From a virus, in IMG/VR virus record IMGVR_UViG_3300035670_000059, positions 32,001-96,000 of that record: 64,000 bases of DNA, one strand, 5' to 3'. The position numbers were made by a program, and so were the translations under genes. Positions 19,048 to 28,492 of the stretch are shown one piece after another. The notes under the pieces were generated by a model. That model was not told where the DNA came from. It saw only the letters and a list, made by a program, of their open reading frames with translations, and did not search any database. Position 1 is the first letter of the stretch, and each line of letters opens with the position of its first letter.

Positions 19048-20454
19048 ATGACAAACAGAGACTTGCTTAAAGAAGCAATCGCTGATGCAAAAGCTGTTAA
19101 AGAAACTGCTATTGCAAATGCAAAAGCTGCTTTAGAAGAGGCATTTACTCCACATTTGAAGTCTATGTTGGCCGCTAAATTAGAAGAAATGGATAAAGAC
19201 GATGACGTTGAAGAAGCCATGAAAGCTAAGAAAGAGAAAGACATGATGGAAGAATTTGAAGTAAATGAAGTAAAGGATGAAATCGAAGAAGAATTTGATT
19301 TAAACGAAATCCTTGCGGAACTTGAAGAAGGTGAAGACAAAGACGAAATGTACGAAGCTGAAGAAGAAGAAATGGAAGCCGGAGAAGAAGGCGAAATGGA
19401 AGCTGGCGAAATGGAAGATGTAGAAATCGACCTAGAAGACATGACCGAAGATGATCTCAAATCCTTTATCGAGGATGTAATTGCCGACATGGTAGCTGCA
19501 GGTGAATTGGAAGCTGGAGAAGAAATGGAAGCCGAGATGGGCGACATGGAAGCTGAAGAGGAAATGGGCGACATGGAGGAATTAGACGAAATGGATGAAG
19601 TAAGTTGGAACGAGAAAAACAATCCTGCAAGAGGTGCTACTTTAGATAAGTTAGCCCCAACAAAAGTAGGACAATCTACTTCCGCTTATGCTGTTAACGA
19701 AGTTGAAGAATCTTTAGCAGATCCACAATTATTAGATGTTGCAGCAGGTGTTGCAGGATTAATTGGTGGTGGTGCTGGATTAGCTTATGTAATTGATGCT
19801 TTAAAATCAGGTAAAGCTGGTAAAGCTGGAGCAGCATTAGCTAATGCGCTTGAAAAAGCAGCAGGTTCCGCCGGAGTTAACAAACCTACAGGTACAAAAA
19901 TGATGGAAGAGAAAGAAGAAGTGGAAGAAGTAACAGGAGCAAGTGGTGGATATGATCCATCTAGTGCTGCAGGTGCTGGTTTAGAAAACCTTATTGATGG
20001 TGTTAAAGCCCTTATTAAAAAAGGTGGACCAGCTGCTAAAAAGGCTTACGCTGTGTTACAACAGTTAGGTGCTGGAGCTGCTGCTGGTATGAAAGAAGGT
20101 GAAGACGAAATGAGCGAAATGGAAGAACTTAAGAAAGAACTTCAAGAAGTTAATTTGTTGAACGCTAAACTTTTATACACCAACAAAATCTTCAATTCCA
20201 AAACCCTTAACGAAAGCCAAAAACTTAGAGTATTGAAGGCATTTGATAAGGCTACATCCGTAAAAGAAGCAAAAGTTATCTATGAAACATTAAACGAAGG
20301 AATGACATCTAAAAATGTTAAAACTTCTATGGCAAATGAAATCAAAGGTAGTGCTTCAAAAGCTACAGGGTTTATTAGCGAAAGCAAACACCCAATTGTA
20401 GAGGTTGATCCAATGGTAGCCAGATGGCAAAAACTAGCTGGTATCAATAAATAA
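19048..20454 (+). CDS. Prohead scaffolding protein (T4 gp22 position)
   Basis: LLKEAIADAKAVKETA; highly acidic middle; EVNLLNAKLLY; C-terminal RWQKLAGINK; lies between protease and capsid genes. Confidence 0.8.
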   Translation: MTNRDLLKEAIADAKAVKETAIANAKAALEEAFTPHLKSMLAAKLEEMDKDDDVEEAMKAKKEKDMMEEFEVNEVKDEIEEEFDLNEILAELEEGEDKDEMYEAEEEEMEAGEEGEMEAGEMEDVEIDLEDMTEDDLKSFIEDVIADMVAAGELEAGEEMEAEMGDMEAEEEMGDMEELDEMDEVSWNEKNNPARGATLDKLAPTKVGQSTSAYAVNEVEESLADPQLLDVAAGVAGLIGGGAGLAYVIDALKSGKAGKAGAALANALEKAAGSAGVNKPTGTKMMEEKEEVEEVTGASGGYDPSSAAGAGLENLIDGVKALIKKGGPAAKKAYAVLQQLGAGAAAGMKEGEDEMSEMEELKKELQEVNLLNAKLLYTNKIFNSKTLNESQKLRVLKAFDKATSVKEAKVIYETLNEGMTSKNVKTSMANEIKGSASKATGFISESKHPIVEVDPMVARWQKLAGINK

Positions 20455-20490
20455 TTTAAATAATAACTTAAAACAAACAATCGAAAAACA

Positions 20491-22110
20491 ATGAGCTTAC
20501 AATCTCTTTTAGAAAGCGCAAACCCATACCACTCTGTACAGAGTGATGCTGCTAGATTATCTAGCAAGTGGGAAAAAACAGGATTGCTAGAAGGTTTGGC
20601 TGGTACACATAAGAATAACATGAGTATCATCCTTGAAAACCAAGCTAAGCAATTAGTAACTGAAACATCTCAAACTGGTGGTGGTACTGCTTCAACAGGT
20701 ACATTCACTGCAGGTGTAGGTGAGCAGTGGGCAGGAGTTGCTCTTCCATTGGTAAGAAAAGTATTTGGTCAAATTGCAGCGAAAGAATTCGTTTCTGTTC
20801 AACCAATGAACTTACCTTCTGGTTTAGTATTCTACCTTGATTTCCAGTACGGAACTACAAAAGCTCCATTTGCTGCTGGTGATTCTTTATATGGTGCAAC
20901 TGGTGGAAACGATCCATTTGGTAACACTAACTCTGGTGGTTTCTACGGTGCTGGTAGATTCGGATATTCTATCAACAACACTGCTTCTGCAGTAACTGCT
21001 ACTACTGCTTCTGCAGTATGGTCTGATATGGACTTTGATTCTGATTATTCTGCTTCTGCAGTTGCTGGTGAATATAAGACAGTTAGTGTAGCTGTATCTG
21101 GATTACCTAATTACGATGCTGAAGGTATTAGAGCATTTGCTTTAGCTTCTGGATCTCTTTCTAATATCAATTTACCACAATTTACTAAAATTGTTGGATC
21201 TAACTTGGTATTCATCGTTTCTGGTTCTCAAGCTCCAGTTCAGTCTTCTACTGTAACTGTAACTTACCAATTACAACCACTTGATAAATTCAGAGGTGAT
21301 TTTGAAGATGGAAACAATGCCTTGAACGGTAACAACACTCCAATTTCAATCCCTGAAATCAACGTACAGATGAAATCTTCTGCTATCGTTGCTAAAACTC
21401 GTAAATTGAAGGCTGTATGGACTCCTGAATTTGCTCAGGATCTTAACGCTTACCATGCTCTTGATGCTGAAGCTGAATTGACTTCTATCCTTTCTGAGTA
21501 CATTTCTTTGGAAATTGACCTTGAAATCTTGGATATGTTGATGGATTCTGCTGCTGCTGGAACTGAAGTATGGTCTGCAGTTAACAACCAAGCTATCGTT
21601 GACAACGGAGCTAACGGAACTATCTCTAACTTAGGCTTCTATAACAGCCAAGGTCAGTGGTTCCAAACTCTTGGAACTAAAATCCAGAAGTTAAGCAACA
21701 TTATTCACCAGAAAACTCTTCGTGGTGGTGCAAACTTCATGGTATTGTCTCCAGCTGTTTCTACAATCATCGAATCTATCCCTGGATTTGCAGGTGATGT
21801 TGATGGTGATGTTGAAAAGTCAACTTACGCATTCGGAGTACAGAAAATTGGTGCTTTAGGCGGTGGTAAGATTAAGGTTTACAAAAACCCTTACATGCTT
21901 GAAAACCAAATCTTGTTAGGATTTAGAGGAACTCAATTCCTTGAGTCTGGTGCCGTATTTGCTCCTTATATTCCATTGATCATGACTCCACTTGTGTACG
22001 ATCCAGATACCTTTACTCCAAGAAAAGGTCTATTGACTCGTTACGCTAAGAAGATGGTACGTCCTGAATTCTATGCGACTATTAAGGTTAATGGTTTGAA
22101 TACTCTTTAA
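20491..22110 (+). CDS. Major capsid protein (T4 gp23-like)
   Basis: ILENQ; LPLVRKVF; VQPMNLPSGLVFYL; AKTRKLKAVWTPEFAQDLNAYH; FAPYIPL; PRKGLLTRY. Confidence 0.95.
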   Translation: MSLQSLLESANPYHSVQSDAARLSSKWEKTGLLEGLAGTHKNNMSIILENQAKQLVTETSQTGGGTASTGTFTAGVGEQWAGVALPLVRKVFGQIAAKEFVSVQPMNLPSGLVFYLDFQYGTTKAPFAAGDSLYGATGGNDPFGNTNSGGFYGAGRFGYSINNTASAVTATTASAVWSDMDFDSDYSASAVAGEYKTVSVAVSGLPNYDAEGIRAFALASGSLSNINLPQFTKIVGSNLVFIVSGSQAPVQSSTVTVTYQLQPLDKFRGDFEDGNNALNGNNTPISIPEINVQMKSSAIVAKTRKLKAVWTPEFAQDLNAYHALDAEAELTSILSEYISLEIDLEILDMLMDSAAAGTEVWSAVNNQAIVDNGANGTISNLGFYNSQGQWFQTLGTKIQKLSNIIHQKTLRGGANFMVLSPAVSTIIESIPGFAGDVDGDVEKSTYAFGVQKIGALGGGKIKVYKNPYMLENQILLGFRGTQFLESGAVFAPYIPLIMTPLVYDPDTFTPRKGLLTRYAKKMVRPEFYATIKVNGLNTL

Positions 22111-22134
22111 TCCTAGATTAAATATTCTTTAAAG

Positions 22135-22160
22135 GAGGCGCATTTTGCGCCTCTTTTTTT
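22135..22160 (+). terminator. Intrinsic terminator after major capsid gene
   Basis: GAGGCGCA-TTT-TGCGCCTC followed by T7. Confidence 0.85.
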
Positions 22161-22192
22161 ATATGTATAACCGACACGAATTATTCTGGGCT

Positions 22193-22780
22193 ATGAAAAT
22201 ATGTAAAAGATGTAATATTGAAAAACCATTAAACGAATTTTTTTCTCGAAAAGGTGAAAAAGACGGCAAACATAGATATTGTAAACTATGTTTAAAACAT
22301 GAAAATGACAATTGGTACCAAAACACTAAACATCAAAGAATAAACTACTATAAAACCTACCGTGAACAAAATAAAGAGTATTTTAACCAATATTCAAATA
22401 TACATTATCACACCAAAAAGGAATTATACAGAGAGTGGGAAAAAAACAAATATGCCACCGATTTTGAATTTCGCATAAAACATTTAACAGCAGGACGTAT
22501 CCATGCCGCTTTATCCACTTATCAATCCCTAAAAAAAGACAGAACAATAGAATACCTAGGGTGTACTATATCCGAATACTGTGATTATCTAGAATCTAAA
22601 TTTGATTCTAATATGACATGGGAAAATCAGGGAGTATATTGGCATATTGACCACATCAGACCTATTGCTTCATTTGATTTAACAGATGAAGAGCAATTAT
22701 ACCAATGTTTCCACTACACTAATACCCAGCCAATGGAAAAAACGGAAAATAGATTAAAAAGCGACAAATATTTAAAGTAA
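22193..22780 (+). CDS. HNH-type homing endonuclease with N-terminal CxxC zinc finger
   Basis: MKICKRC...YCKLC; YLGCT...WENQG.YWHIDHIRP...CFHYTNTQPM...N..K; ATG 22193 preferred. Confidence 0.8.
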   Translation: MKICKRCNIEKPLNEFFSRKGEKDGKHRYCKLCLKHENDNWYQNTKHQRINYYKTYREQNKEYFNQYSNIHYHTKKELYREWEKNKYATDFEFRIKHLTAGRIHAALSTYQSLKKDRTIEYLGCTISEYCDYLESKFDSNMTWENQGVYWHIDHIRPIASFDLTDEEQLYQCFHYTNTQPMEKTENRLKSDKYLK

Positions 22781-22783
22781 ATT

Positions 22784-22812
22784 AAGCCCAATCCTTTGGA
22801 TTGGGCTTTTTT
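22784..22812 (+). terminator. Intrinsic terminator after HNH gene
   Basis: AAGCCCAATCC-TTT-GGATTGGGCTT followed by TTTT. Confidence 0.8.
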
Positions 22813-22849
22813 ATTGTTATATTTATAACTGAATTTTAAAGTTATCTAT

Positions 22850-23536
22850 ATGACATCAAATCATCATTCGGACGACGTGTTCGTCCAAAAGCGTAAACCA
22901 AAGAATCCAATTAAGTTTAATGTAGTTTTAAATGCCGAACAAAAACAAGCCAAATCACTTATTTTAGAAAATCCCATTACTGTAATAAAAGGTATGGCTG
23001 GCTCTGGTAAAACGCTAGTTGCTGTCCAATGTGCTCTTGACATGTTTTTCAATAAACAGGTGGAAAAAATAGTCATATCACGGCCCACTGTATCCAAAGA
23101 AGATATCGGGTTTTTACCGGGCGATATACGTGAAAAAATGGATCCTTGGTTGGCCCCAATATACCACAATCTATATATGTTATACTCTAAAGAAAAAGTA
23201 GATAAACATTTAGAAAATGGAGATATTGAAATTGTACCATTTGCTTTTATGCGAGGTAGAACATTTGTAAACTCGTTCGTAATTGTAGATGAGGCCCAAA
23301 ACGTAACACATCCTCAAATGGAAACTGTTATAGGACGTTTAGGAAAAAATTCTAAAATGGTAATATGTGGCGATATAGCCCAAATAGATTTAAAGAATAA
23401 AAAAGAATCTGGATTTACCTTCCTATATAGATTGGAAGAAAATGTTAAAGGATTTAAAACAATTTCTCTAGAAACAAACCACAGACACGAAATAGTTGCC
23501 CCTATATTAGAGGTATACAAGCTTTTTAGGGACTAA
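22850..23536 (+). CDS. phoH: PhoH-family ATPase
   Basis: GMAGSGKT; IGFLPGD; FMRGRTF; VDEAQN; RLG..SKMVICGD..QIDL; RHEIV. Confidence 0.92.
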   Translation: MTSNHHSDDVFVQKRKPKNPIKFNVVLNAEQKQAKSLILENPITVIKGMAGSGKTLVAVQCALDMFFNKQVEKIVISRPTVSKEDIGFLPGDIREKMDPWLAPIYHNLYMLYSKEKVDKHLENGDIEIVPFAFMRGRTFVNSFVIVDEAQNVTHPQMETVIGRLGKNSKMVICGDIAQIDLKNKKESGFTFLYRLEENVKGFKTISLETNHRHEIVAPILEVYKLFRD

Positions 23537-23563
23537 CATTTCTTCAATATTTATAATAAAAAG

Positions 23564-23992
23564 ATGGCAACCTTAAAACTTTTTATAAACGAACAAATTA
23601 GCTTAGACGGAGATGATAGAAGCACTCTTCAATCTATTGACATATCAGATATAAACTATCTAGATCATAGAACTATGCTTCTTCCTGCTGGTGTTAAAAC
23701 CACTATATTTAACTTTGATACCGAAGTAACATCCGGTACTTTTAAGGAAGATAAGCTAAAATATGCTCGTGTAACAAACCATTCTACTAGCATTCCAGTT
23801 AATATAGAGGTATCTTCCTCTACACAAGCATTTAACTTTAGGATGGAACCACAACAATCTTTCTATCTTCCAAGTTCACAGGTAACAGGAAGCTTAGTAG
23901 GTTTTTCATACGATTATATTTCTTCTATAAACTTAAGACCATCTGGAAGTGGTAATACTGCTAAAGTAGAATTTTTTGTAGCAACATCTTAA
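23564..23992 (+). CDS. Hypothetical virion protein
   Basis: 142 aa, beta-rich; ATATTTATAA at 23547; start of neck operon. Confidence 0.6.
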   Translation: MATLKLFINEQISLDGDDRSTLQSIDISDINYLDHRTMLLPAGVKTTIFNFDTEVTSGTFKEDKLKYARVTNHSTSIPVNIEVSSSTQAFNFRMEPQQSFYLPSSQVTGSLVGFSYDYISSINLRPSGSGNTAKVEFFVATS

Positions 23993-24002
23993 TTAAAATA
24001 AT

Positions 24003-25148
24003 ATGAATATTCCTATATGGTCAGGTACTAGTACTTTCTCTCCAGGTGAAACCCCATTCGGGTTTTATGACTATGATGCGGATTTCCAAAGAGATGCAGA
24101 TAAAGTAGCAAATTTTTGTGCTAGACGATTAGGCTATCCTTTAGTAGATGTTGAATTACAAGATATTAGCTTTTATGCCGCATTCGAAGAAGCAATTACT
24201 ACATACGGAAATGAACTATATTCTTATCAGATTAGAGACAATCAATTAGATCTAATTGGTATAAATACTTCTACTCCATTAAACAATTCTATAGTTACCC
24301 CTAACTTTAGTTCCATAATTCGTTTATCACAACAGTACGGATCTGAAGCAGGTACAGGTGGTAACATTACCTATTATAAAGGATCTATTCCTTTAACTGC
24401 TTCTATACAGGATTACGATCTAAAACAGTGGGCAGAAGACCAAGGTATAACTGGTGGTATTGAAATTAAACGAGTATTTTATGAGGCTCCACCTGCGGTA
24501 GTAAGATATTTTGACCCATACGCTGGTACAGGATATGGATATCAAGCATTATTTGATAGTTTTGGATTTGGATCGTTTTCTCCTGCCATCAACTTTTTGA
24601 TGATGCCCCTAAACTATGATCTGCAAACATTACAAGCCATTGAGTTAAATGATATGGTTCGTAGATCTAATTATAGTTTTGAGATGAAAAACAATGTGTT
24701 AAGAATATTTCCTATCCCCAATAACTCGGATGCTAAAATGTTCTTTGAATACATTAAAGATAGTGAGCGAATAAGCGATTCGGTTGCTGCCCCTAATACT
24801 GAAGCAGCTAATAATGTATCTAATATACCTTATGCTAACCCCACCTATGCCTTAATTAATAGTGTAGGCCGCCAGTGGATATTTGAGTATACTTTAGCTC
24901 TTGCTAAAGAAATATTAGGTTTAGTTAGAGGAAAATACACTAATATACCTATCCCTGGCTCTGAGGTAACATTAAATCAACAAGATTTATTAACACAAGC
25001 CGCAACCGATAAACTAAGATTAATTGAAAAATTAAGAGAATATTTTGATCAAACTTCTCGTCAAGCTTCTTTGGAACGCAGAGCAGCCGAAGCAGGATTT
25101 AGAAAAAATGAATTAGCCGAAGTGCCATTTACCATTTATATAGGATAA
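24003..25148 (+). CDS. Neck/head-tail adaptor protein (T4 gp13-like)
   Basis: RRLGYPLVDVEL; WIFEYTLALAKEILGLVRGKY..IPIPG.EVTLN; terminal IYIG. Confidence 0.8.
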   Translation: MNIPIWSGTSTFSPGETPFGFYDYDADFQRDADKVANFCARRLGYPLVDVELQDISFYAAFEEAITTYGNELYSYQIRDNQLDLIGINTSTPLNNSIVTPNFSSIIRLSQQYGSEAGTGGNITYYKGSIPLTASIQDYDLKQWAEDQGITGGIEIKRVFYEAPPAVVRYFDPYAGTGYGYQALFDSFGFGSFSPAINFLMMPLNYDLQTLQAIELNDMVRRSNYSFEMKNNVLRIFPIPNNSDAKMFFEYIKDSERISDSVAAPNTEAANNVSNIPYANPTYALINSVGRQWIFEYTLALAKEILGLVRGKYTNIPIPGSEVTLNQQDLLTQAATDKLRLIEKLREYFDQTSRQASLERRAAEAGFRKNELAEVPFTIYIG

Positions 25149-25149
25149 T

Positions 25150-25668
25150 ATGTGTGCAATGTTTGGAGGCTTACGAGATGTAAGCTTAATTAGAAAGATG
25201 AATCGTGAGCTGTTAGGTAATATAATTACCCAACAAGCTGCTTTCTACAAATACAAATTGCAGGAAACTAAAGTAAATTTATATGGTGAGGCAGCAGGTG
25301 TAAAATATTACGATGGTCCATTTCTATTTAACTGTTTAATAACTAGAGTAGACCAGCAATACCCAGTAAGTGATATGGGTGTAGAATACCAACAAGGTAT
25401 GTCATTTGCTTTTTTTAGAGATGATTTAGTAGATGCTAATGTAGTACCTGAAGTAGGAGATATTATATTATATCAAGATAGCTACCATGGAGTACAATCT
25501 ACAATAATTAACCAATACTTTGTAGGCAAAAACCCAGATTATCCAAATAATCAAAACCCATTAAACCCCGGATTAGAAGAATTTGGCTCAAGTATATCTA
25601 TAATATGCGATACTTTCTATATTCCAGCAGATAAGGTTGCAATTTCTCCATATAAAGAACGCATGTAA
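25150..25668 (+). CDS. Neck/head-closure protein (T4 gp14-like)
   Basis: NLYGEA and PEVGDII motifs; synteny after the gp13-like gene. Confidence 0.65.
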   Translation: MCAMFGGLRDVSLIRKMNRELLGNIITQQAAFYKYKLQETKVNLYGEAAGVKYYDGPFLFNCLITRVDQQYPVSDMGVEYQQGMSFAFFRDDLVDANVVPEVGDIILYQDSYHGVQSTIINQYFVGKNPDYPNNQNPLNPGLEEFGSSISIICDTFYIPADKVAISPYKERM

Positions 25669-26681
25669 TGGCTCGACCAAGAAAACCTGTACCCAAATCG
25701 CAACGAGAGATTAGTGAAAATCTCCAAAAAGCAACCGATCCGGTTAGAGGTAATCCTAATGCTAAAGTCAATCCAAACGAAAATGAAACCGGTATAGAGT
25801 TTAATCGTTCTACAAAACTAAGTTTTAAAGACGATACTACAAAGCCATTTTCTATTGGTATACAAGATTTAGATGAAGCGGTATTTTACTATTTTAAAAA
25901 TGTAATAAAACCATTTGTATATCAAAATGGTGAAAGAATTGAAGTACCAGTTATATATGGTTCTCCCGAAAGTTGGAAATCATTCCAAAAGGATGGATAC
26001 TATAGAGATAAAAATGGGGCAATAATGCTCCCATTAATAGCAGTAAAACGAGATTCTATATCTAAAGATAGGACTGTAGCAAACAAATTAGATTCAAACC
26101 AACCTAATCTATACGCTACATTCCAGAAGTCATTCAACCCTAAAAACTTCTATAGCAATTTTGCTGCTTTAAACAATAGAATTCCGGTTAAAACATTTCA
26201 TGCCGTAACTGTTCCCGATTACGTTACCTTAGAATACAGCTGCATTGTGCAAACATATTACATGGAACAATTAAATAAAGTAATTGAAGCCATTGAATAT
26301 GCTTCGGATGCATATTGGGGTGATCCTGAACGCTTTAAATTTAGAGCATTTATAGACCAATTTACTACAGCTACTGAGCTATCAGCAGGTCAAGATAGAC
26401 TAGTAAAAGGAACATTTACTATTCGTTTACGTGGCTATATTATACCTGACACATTGCAAAAGGATTTGAATTCTATCAAGAAGGTAAACTCCAAATCCAA
26501 AATTATTATACAAGTAGAAACAGTAACTAACTCCGATATATTTGATCCAAACATCAGAAAACTAAGTGATGGTAGAACTAGAAAAGATAGAGATACCGAT
26601 GGTAGAATCAACAGTGTTGGAGACGTAACACCAGGAAGAGAAACACAATCACCCGATCCCGGATCAGAATTAAGATCATAA
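25668..26681 (+). CDS. Tail terminator / sheath stabilizer (T4 gp15-like)
   Basis: VPVIYGSPE.W; LPLIAVKR; PDYVTLEY...QLNKVIE; synteny. Confidence 0.65.
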   Translation: MARPRKPVPKSQREISENLQKATDPVRGNPNAKVNPNENETGIEFNRSTKLSFKDDTTKPFSIGIQDLDEAVFYYFKNVIKPFVYQNGERIEVPVIYGSPESWKSFQKDGYYRDKNGAIMLPLIAVKRDSISKDRTVANKLDSNQPNLYATFQKSFNPKNFYSNFAALNNRIPVKTFHAVTVPDYVTLEYSCIVQTYYMEQLNKVIEAIEYASDAYWGDPERFKFRAFIDQFTTATELSAGQDRLVKGTFTIRLRGYIIPDTLQKDLNSIKKVNSKSKIIIQVETVTNSDIFDPNIRKLSDGRTRKDRDTDGRINSVGDVTPGRETQSPDPGSELRS

Positions 26682-26682
26682 G

Positions 26683-27066
26683 ATGTCAGATATTAGATTT
26701 ATAGATTCGTTAAATGTAGGAGCATATACCATTGAACCTGTCAGTGGTAGTATTAATATATTAGAAAATGTTAACAATTATGTAATTACGGCTACAGGTT
26801 ATCCTGACATTATACAAGGTGAACCTAATTTACAGTTCGATGGCTTAAATTTAACTATAGGCGGTAATTCCAGTGGTACATCTCGTTTAGAGGTATACCA
26901 CACGGGAAGTGTTGATAATTTAATGTTAATACGAAATGCGAGCACAAATACCGGTATTAAAGTAGATGGTGATGGTAGATTTCAATTACTAGAATTTGCT
27001 TCTTTACCCTCACCTATTGAAGGGGGGATTGTGTACGCGAGCAATGAATTTTATATAGGAATATAA
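26683..27066 (+). CDS. Hypothetical virion protein
   Basis: 127 aa; NNYVITATG...GEPNLQFDG fibre-like segment. Confidence 0.55.
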   Translation: MSDIRFIDSLNVGAYTIEPVSGSINILENVNNYVITATGYPDIIQGEPNLQFDGLNLTIGGNSSGTSRLEVYHTGSVDNLMLIRNASTNTGIKVDGDGRFQLLEFASLPSPIEGGIVYASNEFYIGI

Positions 27067-27107
27067 AAATAATAATATTTATAACAAATATACTTTTATA
27101 ATATAAC

Positions 27108-28133
27108 ATGGCAACCTGGAAGAAAATAATTGTTAGCGGCTCGAATGCTCATCTAGCTCAAATCACCTCCTCTGTTTTAACAGATGGTAATCTAATAATG
27201 GCGGGCACAGGTGGTGCTTTAAAAAATAGTAACATATCTTTATCTGGCGGAAATTTTAATATTGGGTCTAACTCCATTATTTCCACGGGTGCTAACTCAG
27301 TATTAACCGGTTCATTTAGTGGTTCCTTTGTTGGTACTACCAACTTACCAGATTTAACCCAAGGCGCGGGTATTGTTCCGTTTACTTATGATGGTGGAGG
27401 AACTGCTACTGTTGCTGTTTCTGGTGCTGCTGCTTTAAATAGTGATGCAGTAACAAAATGGAATGGTGCCGCATTCGTTAACTCTTCCTTAACAGATAAT
27501 GGCACAGTAGTATCAGGTGCTTCTTCTATTCAATTATCAGGTGCTAACTCTTCTTTAACAGGTTCATTTACCGGTTCTTTTACAGGTGATGGTTCAGGTT
27601 TAACAGGATTAGCTACTACTTTAGATGTATCTGGTTCAAATGGCTCTGGCATTTCAATTAATATCTTAACCCAAGATCTTACAATTGGTGGTACTGTAAA
27701 CGAAATTGAAACTTCTGCAGCTGGTACTACAATTACAATTGGTTTACCAAATGATGTAACAATTGGTCAAGATTTAGTAGTTAATAGAAACTTAACAGTA
27801 TTTGGTACTGCTTCTTTCCAACACACTGAAGATCTTGATGTAGCCGATAGATTTATCCGTTTAGCTTCTGGCTCAAACGCAGCTGGAGACGGTGGTATTG
27901 CAATACAACAAAGTAATGCATTAGATGCTGAAGTATTTGGATTTGATTCTGGTGCTACACGTTGGGGAGTAAGCAGCTCATTTGATGCTTCCCAAAATGC
28001 ATTTGTTCCTGATGCTTACATGGCTTTAACTTTAGAAGGAGCAGGTACAGATCCAACAGTAGTAGCAGCTAGATATCAAGTAAAAGGTAATATTTTTATA
28101 GGTTCAGATGAAGGTATTTGGATCTACTCTTAA
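27108..28133 (+). CDS. Fibre-like structural protein
   Basis: MATWKKIIVSGS; TGSFSGSF and GDGSGLTG repeats; G/S/T-rich. Confidence 0.65.
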   Translation: MATWKKIIVSGSNAHLAQITSSVLTDGNLIMAGTGGALKNSNISLSGGNFNIGSNSIISTGANSVLTGSFSGSFVGTTNLPDLTQGAGIVPFTYDGGGTATVAVSGAAALNSDAVTKWNGAAFVNSSLTDNGTVVSGASSIQLSGANSSLTGSFTGSFTGDGSGLTGLATTLDVSGSNGSGISINILTQDLTIGGTVNEIETSAAGTTITIGLPNDVTIGQDLVVNRNLTVFGTASFQHTEDLDVADRFIRLASGSNAAGDGGIAIQQSNALDAEVFGFDSGATRWGVSSSFDASQNAFVPDAYMALTLEGAGTDPTVVAARYQVKGNIFIGSDEGIWIYS

Positions 28134-28152
28134 TACATTAAAAAATTGGTTT

Positions 28153-28392
28153 ATGTCATTTACAGCAGCAAACATTATAGTAGGGGGTTCCAAAATTGAA
28201 GTGGAAACCCCCACTACTTCCTCCACCAACAATTCTACTACTCTTGAGCTAACAGACAAAGAACTTGAGCTGTTACTATTAACCATTAAAAATGGTTTGT
28301 TTAGAGGAGAATACGTTGAAACCGTATACAATCTAACTCTTAAGCTACAAAAACAGCTAGTAGATTTGAAATACAAAAACAACAAGCTATAA
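28153..28392 (+). CDS. Small hypothetical protein (possible fibre chaperone)
   Basis: ATG 28153 follows the upstream stop; LTDKELELLL...FRGEYVE...KLQ. Confidence 0.55.
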   Translation: MSFTAANIIVGGSKIEVETPTTSSTNNSTTLELTDKELELLLLTIKNGLFRGEYVETVYNLTLKLQKQLVDLKYKNNKL

Positions 28393-28423
28393 CTAGAAGC
28401 AGAGTATCCAATATTTATAACTA

Positions 28424-28480
28424 TATTATAGGCCCGTAAGGGAAGTGGACAGCACACATTTGCTGTAGCCAACCGTAATA
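28424..28480 (+). ncRNA. Candidate structured leader (three-way junction)
   Basis: CCC-GTAA-GGG hairpin, ACAGCA/TGCTGT stem and closing TATTATAGG/CCGTAATA, lying between ATATTTATAA (28411) and GTG start (28493). Confidence 0.4.
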
Positions 28481-28492
28481 AACAGATATAAA

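Noticed and set aside
11622-22110. Introns or inteins in terminase, portal or capsid genes
   Set aside because: ORFs are continuous and of ordinary size; the endonuclease genes are free-standing.
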